A stretch of DNA of 53,761 bases, filler included, from Sluysia triapertura (Eukaryota): NCBI GenBank assembly GCA_046118255.1. It is 4 parts of 4 records of this genome, joined end to end, with 100 filler letters (N's around TTAATTAATTAA, not from the genome) between each part and the next. Parts side by side here need not be neighbours in the genome. Positions count along the whole stretch, not along the records: positions 41,946 to 53,761 come from JBJNIA010168036.1; 3 more parts are not named here. The stretch is one strand, 5' to 3'. A model generated the notes under the pieces. It ran no database searches and was not told where the DNA came from. It saw only the letters and a list, made by a program, of their open reading frames with translations. This document shows, one piece after another, positions 47,667 through 53,761 of this stretch. Position 1 is the stretch's first letter, and each line of letters begins with the position of its first letter. Both the position numbers and the translations under genes were made by a program.

Positions 47667-50464
47667 TTCTTACACCTTTTCCTTCTTGCCCTCTGTGGAA
47701 TTTTCTGTAGAATATTTCGGCAGTTTTATGACTTCTATGTTACGTTTACATGCTCATTTTCATCGTTTAATGAATTAAATACGCTTGAACATAATGCTAC
47801 AGTAAATATCGTGCAAGCCCCATATATAAAGACATTAACAAATTTGATTTAAGTGATCAGGACCTACACTTACAATTGGGCTAACAAAATTCCGAAAGAG
47901 AAATCGTAGGCGCAGGCAGATTAAAAAATTCTATTAATACAAGACACACTAAAGGATAATAGTCAACCAATAAATCTTTTCGTAAAAATGAGATAAATAG
48001 TTTTCTTTTTATTGTAAGAAATATATAAAATATACTATCAAAAAACAATTAACTTAAAGATAGTTTTTATTACTGATACTATATATTTTTATTGTTTAAT
48101 TTTATTCAGTAAATATCAAGACCACCTGAGGCAAAGCTCATAGATCAACTTTTGTACATCAAAAGATAACTATTGCACTAAGAGTTATCTTCCACTTTTC
48201 TTTACTAATTCTGTTTTAACCCGAAATAAGTTTAAAAGCGAAGTGAACTTGAATTTAGCTACACACATTTTTAATCTGTCCCCCAAACATCCCTCTCTGT
48301 TGGCAAATGCCTTATCCTACTTCGATACTTTGTATGTTGCAGCTACTAGAAGGATAGTTAAAATCACACTAACGATTAAAACAGCGCCACTTTTTCTCAG
48401 ACTACATTCTTGTTTAACTATGCTCCTTTCACACTTTATATATCAAAGATGTCCAATTATTCGGAATAGACATTTTATTAATTTACCTGCTGATTCATCT
48501 CATGTTTAAAGGTATTTATTTGCCTTGCTTACAATATTTTTGTTCAATGTAAAATTCCTTACAACTTTAATTTTGGTGTTCGAATTAATTTTGTTCGTTA
48601 TAGTAAAGGCATTAAGCCTAAGTTAAACGTTTTTAAAGTAATTTTTTATTTGGTTTACTAAATAGTAAAAAGTTGTAATAAAAATTTTTCATGTAATTAA
48701 AATAATAAATTTTGTAAAACTCCCAACATTTAAGTTATTATATCCGGTACCACCGCGCTTCTCTTGTCTTAGGATGGTCGATGAGTTGCTTTTTCTTTTC
48801 CACTTTATCCGTTAAAAAGACCCTTTTATTGTCCATCATTCTGATCTCCACCTCCTCTATTTTCTTTTATAGCTTCGACCTCAGGACCCAGCCCTATTCA
48901 GAAACAACTAACTCCAAAAATGACTGCTCAAACAAATCAATTAACAGAAAGAGCTGCTGTGGATATTAATTATTTATCTACAACTTGAGCAATTTAGAAT
49001 TTAATTGTTTGTGTATAAAGCACCAATAGTTTTTGTAACAAACCTTAACGTGTTATATTTAGTAAACCAAAAGAGATCAAGAAATTAAAAAATACTGTAA
49101 TTGATTCTTGATTTAAAGACATACGAGATATAACTTTTTAGAAGAATATAATTAAAAGTGAAAAAGCTAAGCTGATAAATCAGTTGAGGATTTTAGTTAT
49201 ACAATAAGGCAAATAAAAATTGTAGACAATAAGAATTCTTGAACTATTGTAAGAAAACACTTAAAGATGATTTTCAAAGTATTAAAGATAATTGGTTTGA
49301 TTAATTAATAACCGCAGATCTTGTTAGAAATCGATATAATTGTAAAAGTTGCCCGTTAACGCAGGCGTCAGGATATTGGGAGTGTTAGATATACTTTTGC
49401 AGAAATGTGCAAAAATGTTATTTCAAGTTTTATTAGTTGGTGAGTTTTATGTTTTATAATGTTATAATATTTATGCAAAGTCTTTTAATTTTTAAAATTC
49501 TCATTCGGTATTCCATAATCCGAATAATTTAAAAGGAGTTTGTTGTTCACAGAATGATGTAGAATAATATTTATTTAGCACCATTAAGGTTGGAAAAAAA
49601 ATAATTACACTAAAAATAGAACTGAAGTAAAACCATAATAATGATTACAAAATAATAAAAACGAGAGTAACACAAGCTAAATAAGAACAACAATACAGTT
49701 ATTTATTGTTTATAAATTGAAAATTAAAATTTGCTCATGTGTTTATAACGAAGTAAAAAAATATAAGAATGAATATTATGTCGTTAAATAGTTATTGTTG
49801 AAAGAATTTATTAATGTGAGGTGTGTAAAATATAAAAATAAATGATTAATTGAATTTGATTGTTAGCTGAGTTGTTGTTTTTTTTTGTAATTTATTCTTA
49901 AGTTGAAGTCATCACAACTTTGGCTTTAAATTTTATTCAGATGTAATATCTCTTTGTACCAAATTTTTGTAATAAATTTTTTTACTAAGGCTTCGTAATA
50001 TTAAATATCAAAGGAATTTTGAATTTAATCACTTATTTTTGTAAAATTTAATATTAATGTTTGAATATAGAAGTTAGAGACCAACGCAGTTCTATAATTT
50101 TAATCACGATCAATTCCTACTTAACGAATTGCTTGAAAATAAAACTTAAATTTGAAGTTCTTGATATACAGCTCCTATTCGATGTAATTTAGTTAAGTTC
50201 TCAGCGATGACTTTTTACCATTTTCATCCTTGACTTATAGACGCCTTCACAATCCAGATGCTAATTCAAATTAAAATCCAATCACACGTTAAAATTGAAA
50301 AGGCACCATAGTTTTAATTTTTTGGCATTTTAATACCTTACAAAAGTTAAACGACTTAACTGCGATAAAGTTTTGTTTAATATAAAAGTACGAACAAGTA
50401 ACTAATGTAACGTAGTTAATGTTTTTAAAAACTGCTTTTATTCATTAATCTTCCAAAGATAATC

Positions 50465-53018
50465 CTTATTTTCAGGGCTTGAAATTGCTCCTGAGTTTAG
50501 CAATATCTCAATGCTTTTTTCCTTACGCTTTGCTCACTTTGCTCCGAGCAGTGAGTGAGCAGAAAAGAACCGCTCACAATTTGTTCATATGAATTTTTAT
50601 GCAATATTAATTGAATTATTGTATGAAATAAGAATATATTCCATAATAAATGGTTAAACGTTTGATGAAGATAAAATTTTTTTGTATCTTAAAGAATTAT
50701 TAATGTTTTTATAATATAAATTTTCAAAAAATATTAAATAGGAAATCTTTTTGAGTTTGTAAATGTTAACAAATTATTTTACGGATTTAATTATAATTGA
50801 TGAAATGATCCTAACATTTAAATAAATTTTTGTTGTAAATTTTGAGAACATCAAACACATCTTGTCATTTAGGTTACTGAGTTTTAAACTGTTGCACGAA
50901 ATATTTTATTCAATATTTTTTTAATTTTACCTAAAAATGAAAGACGATTGTTACTTTAACAATTAATGATAGTGAAAATGAAACTTCAAAGAATCTATCA
51001 ATATATACATCTCACAAAATTAGTCCAGTATTTCATTGTTTGATTTTAGAGATGGAAATGATACAGAAGAACTCTTAGAACATTTTTTATTATGGAGAAA
51101 TCAGTAAATGGTGTTAAAAAATACGGAGTATCAATTGAATGGTTGTTTAGATAAAAATACAGAAATTGCAAGTGCCAAAAAATTTAACGTTTTAAGACAT
51201 AGCAAAGCCTTCCACCTTGAAAAGGCAAATGATTTGATATCAGATGTCAAATGAAAAAAATCAAGTTTAGTTAATTTTATTAAAACGACTAACAGAAGAG
51301 ATTGCAAAAGTTTTTAAAAAACTAGTCCAAGTGAATATGCGGTATTTGACAATCATTATTTTAACACTTAATTGATCCAGTATCGAATGAAATTCTCTAT
51401 AAAAAATCAATTCACAAAATATGAAATGTTTTTGGTAGAAAATTAAGATAAATTGAAAGATATCTTATCTAATAAAATTTTTAAAAATATATTTATATCA
51501 ATAAAATTAGACGGTGTCACTATCCTATCTGAGAATTTTATGGAAATCAATGTACAAGTTATTGTAAGTAATAAAATTCAGGTTATTAATTTAGGTGGTG
51601 TTAATCAAGGGCGGTAGCAATAGTACGAATTTAAAATCTATTTTATTGTATCAGTTGAAAATTTTTGGAATTAAATCGTATCAGGTAGCTACAATAACTG
51701 TAGATAATGACTCCAATTATGCCAAAATTAGTAGTTTAATTTTTGAAGATTTAAAAAATGACGCTAGTAATGATTTTCGAATGCGGAAGATTTTTCCAAA
51801 GTTATAAATTCGTTGTAGAAGACAAATTCAATTATGATTTATGGGATGATTTTATTTAACATTCTCCAATCATTTCCATAATTAGATGTTGTATGCACAC
51901 ATTTCAATTGTGTGTTAATGAGGTTATTAATTCCTTGACAATTTATTTCTTGAATCGTGCAAGATATATAGTAAAATTGCTTCATTTATTGCACTAAAAA
52001 GAAGACTTGAAATCACATGAATTTCCTTTACCTTCACTAAATGCTATTATAAGGTGGAGTTCATCCTATGAGATAATTCTTTCACTTTACAATTTGAAAC
52101 ATTACTTATTTGACAAGTCCAGATTTGATAATCGAATTAACAATTCATCGAAATTTTTTGAAGTTTTTAAATTAATCTGAGTTCACCCTAAATTTCCAAA
52201 GTAGATCTTCTCTATATTCCGATTTTATATTTGAATGGGACTTACTCAAAAATCAACTTGAAGAAGTTGATTAAATTGCAGATAAAAAGAAGCAATGGAA
52301 AGAAAAAAGCAAAAATTATTTGATAACATTTACTATAAAGTGGCTTTATTTTTTGATCCTACATACAAAACTATTTTGAATGAAAAACTTACATGAAATA
52401 AATATGTAGTTTCAAGAAAAATATGATCAACAGGAGTGCAAGAAAACTTATGTTAATTTAGTAAATAATGATTCTAATAATGATAAGCACCTAAAATTTT
52501 TAAAAATCCTTCAAAATACAAATAACAATGAAGAAATTATGGATTCATCATTGTTGATAAAGAATGAAATAATTAAATATTTCAGTCAAAAGTTTAGTAT
52601 CAATATTAATGAAGATATCATTTCATACTGGTCCATATTAAAATCTATTTATCCTACTCTTTTCCCAGTAGCTGAAATTATTTTCGCAATTCCACATACA
52701 TAAGTTTCGGTAGAACAATCTTTCAGTATTTTTTCTTAAATTTATGATTATGTGAGGAACCGTACGTCAAAGGTAATTTTAGAAAACTCTTAAACAATGA
52801 ATAAATAATATTGTTTATTTTTATATCTTTTTTTGATATTCTAATATAGATTTGACAAAAAGTGTTTATTGCAATTAAATATATTTAATACAAATTTAGA
52901 ACAAAACTTTAAATATAAAGGTAAAGAGTATAGTAAATTTACAATTTAAATTCTTTATTAAATATCCAACAAGATTATTCCTCTTCAAATCTACATTTAA
53001 ACAATCCTTGAAAATAAG
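50465..53018 (+). mobile_element. Decayed autonomous hAT transposon (~2.55 kb)
   Basis: BED-finger remnant FNVLRHSKAFH, then ISIKLDGVT, ITVDNDSN, IRCCMHTFQLCV (CxxH), IRWSSSYEI, and the hATC dimerisation motif SYWSILKSIYPTLFPVAEIIFAIPHT*VSVEQSFS. Inverted ends CTTATTTTCAGGGCTTG (50465-50481) / CAATCCTTGAAAATAAG (53002-53018), with GCTC/GAGC subterminal repeats. Confidence 0.88.
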
Positions 53019-53761
53019 ACAAGAGTCATTCAGTTACCGTATAGGAGGCAATTTTGTAATTCTGTGGGAGACACCATGCGGAATTTATTTTAAAATACAT
53101 TGTAAGTTAATATTGCACTAATTTTATTGATTTTTAATTTTGAATAAAGGGAAGATAGTGTTAACATAAGTTAATATAGTGGGAGACACCCTACACAATT
53201 TAATTATGATTTGGTTGATGCAGCCGAGATGTCTCGTAAAGTTTAAGTTTACAATTTTTATAGAAAATGTTGAAATTTTAATATTAGATTTCTTTCAATT
53301 TATGTATATAATTCAAATACCGTCAAAGCATTTTCGAAATGACAAGAAATGTAATTACATATTCCATCTGATGGATTATGTGTTGCCATTCTAAACATGC
53401 TAGTGATAGAGAAGCTACAGAACCGGTTGATACTTATCAAAGATTGAGACTTTATACACAGTACAAATTTAGCATTATAAAATGACAAATAAAAATTTGG
53501 GTATATTATTGCTAATTCAACAATAAAACCCATATTTTGTTTACAATTTCAGTTATGATAAAATATAAAATTTATGATCAATAAATCATATTTCAACTGT
53601 TTAGCCAGCTTAATTCAATTAAAACATTCTTTAGTTTCTTGTTAGCCTTATCTTTCAGTTTTGCAATAAATTCATCATCGTCATCATCACTGCATTATGA
53701 ACAGTAAATGTTAATGTCCAAATTGTTGCAACAAAAAAGGAATACATAAAAGTATAAAATG

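Noticed and set aside
53063-53190. GTGGGAGACACC repeated twice, as a CRISPR-like or regulatory array
   Set aside because: Only two 12-bp copies in eukaryotic DNA, with no cas genes. More likely TE subterminal repeats.

Overview
This is very AT-rich eukaryotic (metazoan-type) DNA, not prokaryotic. The window is a pseudomolecule of four unrelated contigs joined by three artificial 100-bp linkers (N44-TTAATTAATTAA-N44 at 15403-15502, 29458-29557 and 41846-41945). Four host genes are recognisable: the 5' half of TMEM94/KIAA0195 (7 reconstructed exons, with 36-38 nt micro-introns), NOL9/Grc3 polynucleotide 5'-kinase, an intronless TRAPPC1/Bet5, and the last two exons of ACTR8/ARP8. There is also one unidentified multi-exon gene. 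The rest is a dense graveyard of mobile DNA: a full-length decayed Tigger/pogo with TIRs and TA TSD, a decayed hAT, piggyBac, mariner and Tc1 derivatives, nested MITEs, Ty3/Gypsy fragments and a candidate solo LTR. It also holds a tRNA-derived SINE-like family and a fossil Polinton/adintovirus segment (integrase followed by a penton-like gene). Micro-introns and low GC suggest a reduced parasitic invertebrate such as a neodermatan flatworm or orthonectid (inference only). I found no convincing new intact multi-gene system. The best leads are the endogenised Polinton-like virus, the tRNA-like element clamped by an 11-bp inverted repeat, an in-frame-deleted mini-mariner ORF, a hAT with inverted rather than direct 8-bp flanks, and insertions in ARP8. 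All homology calls are from motif recognition, with no database search.
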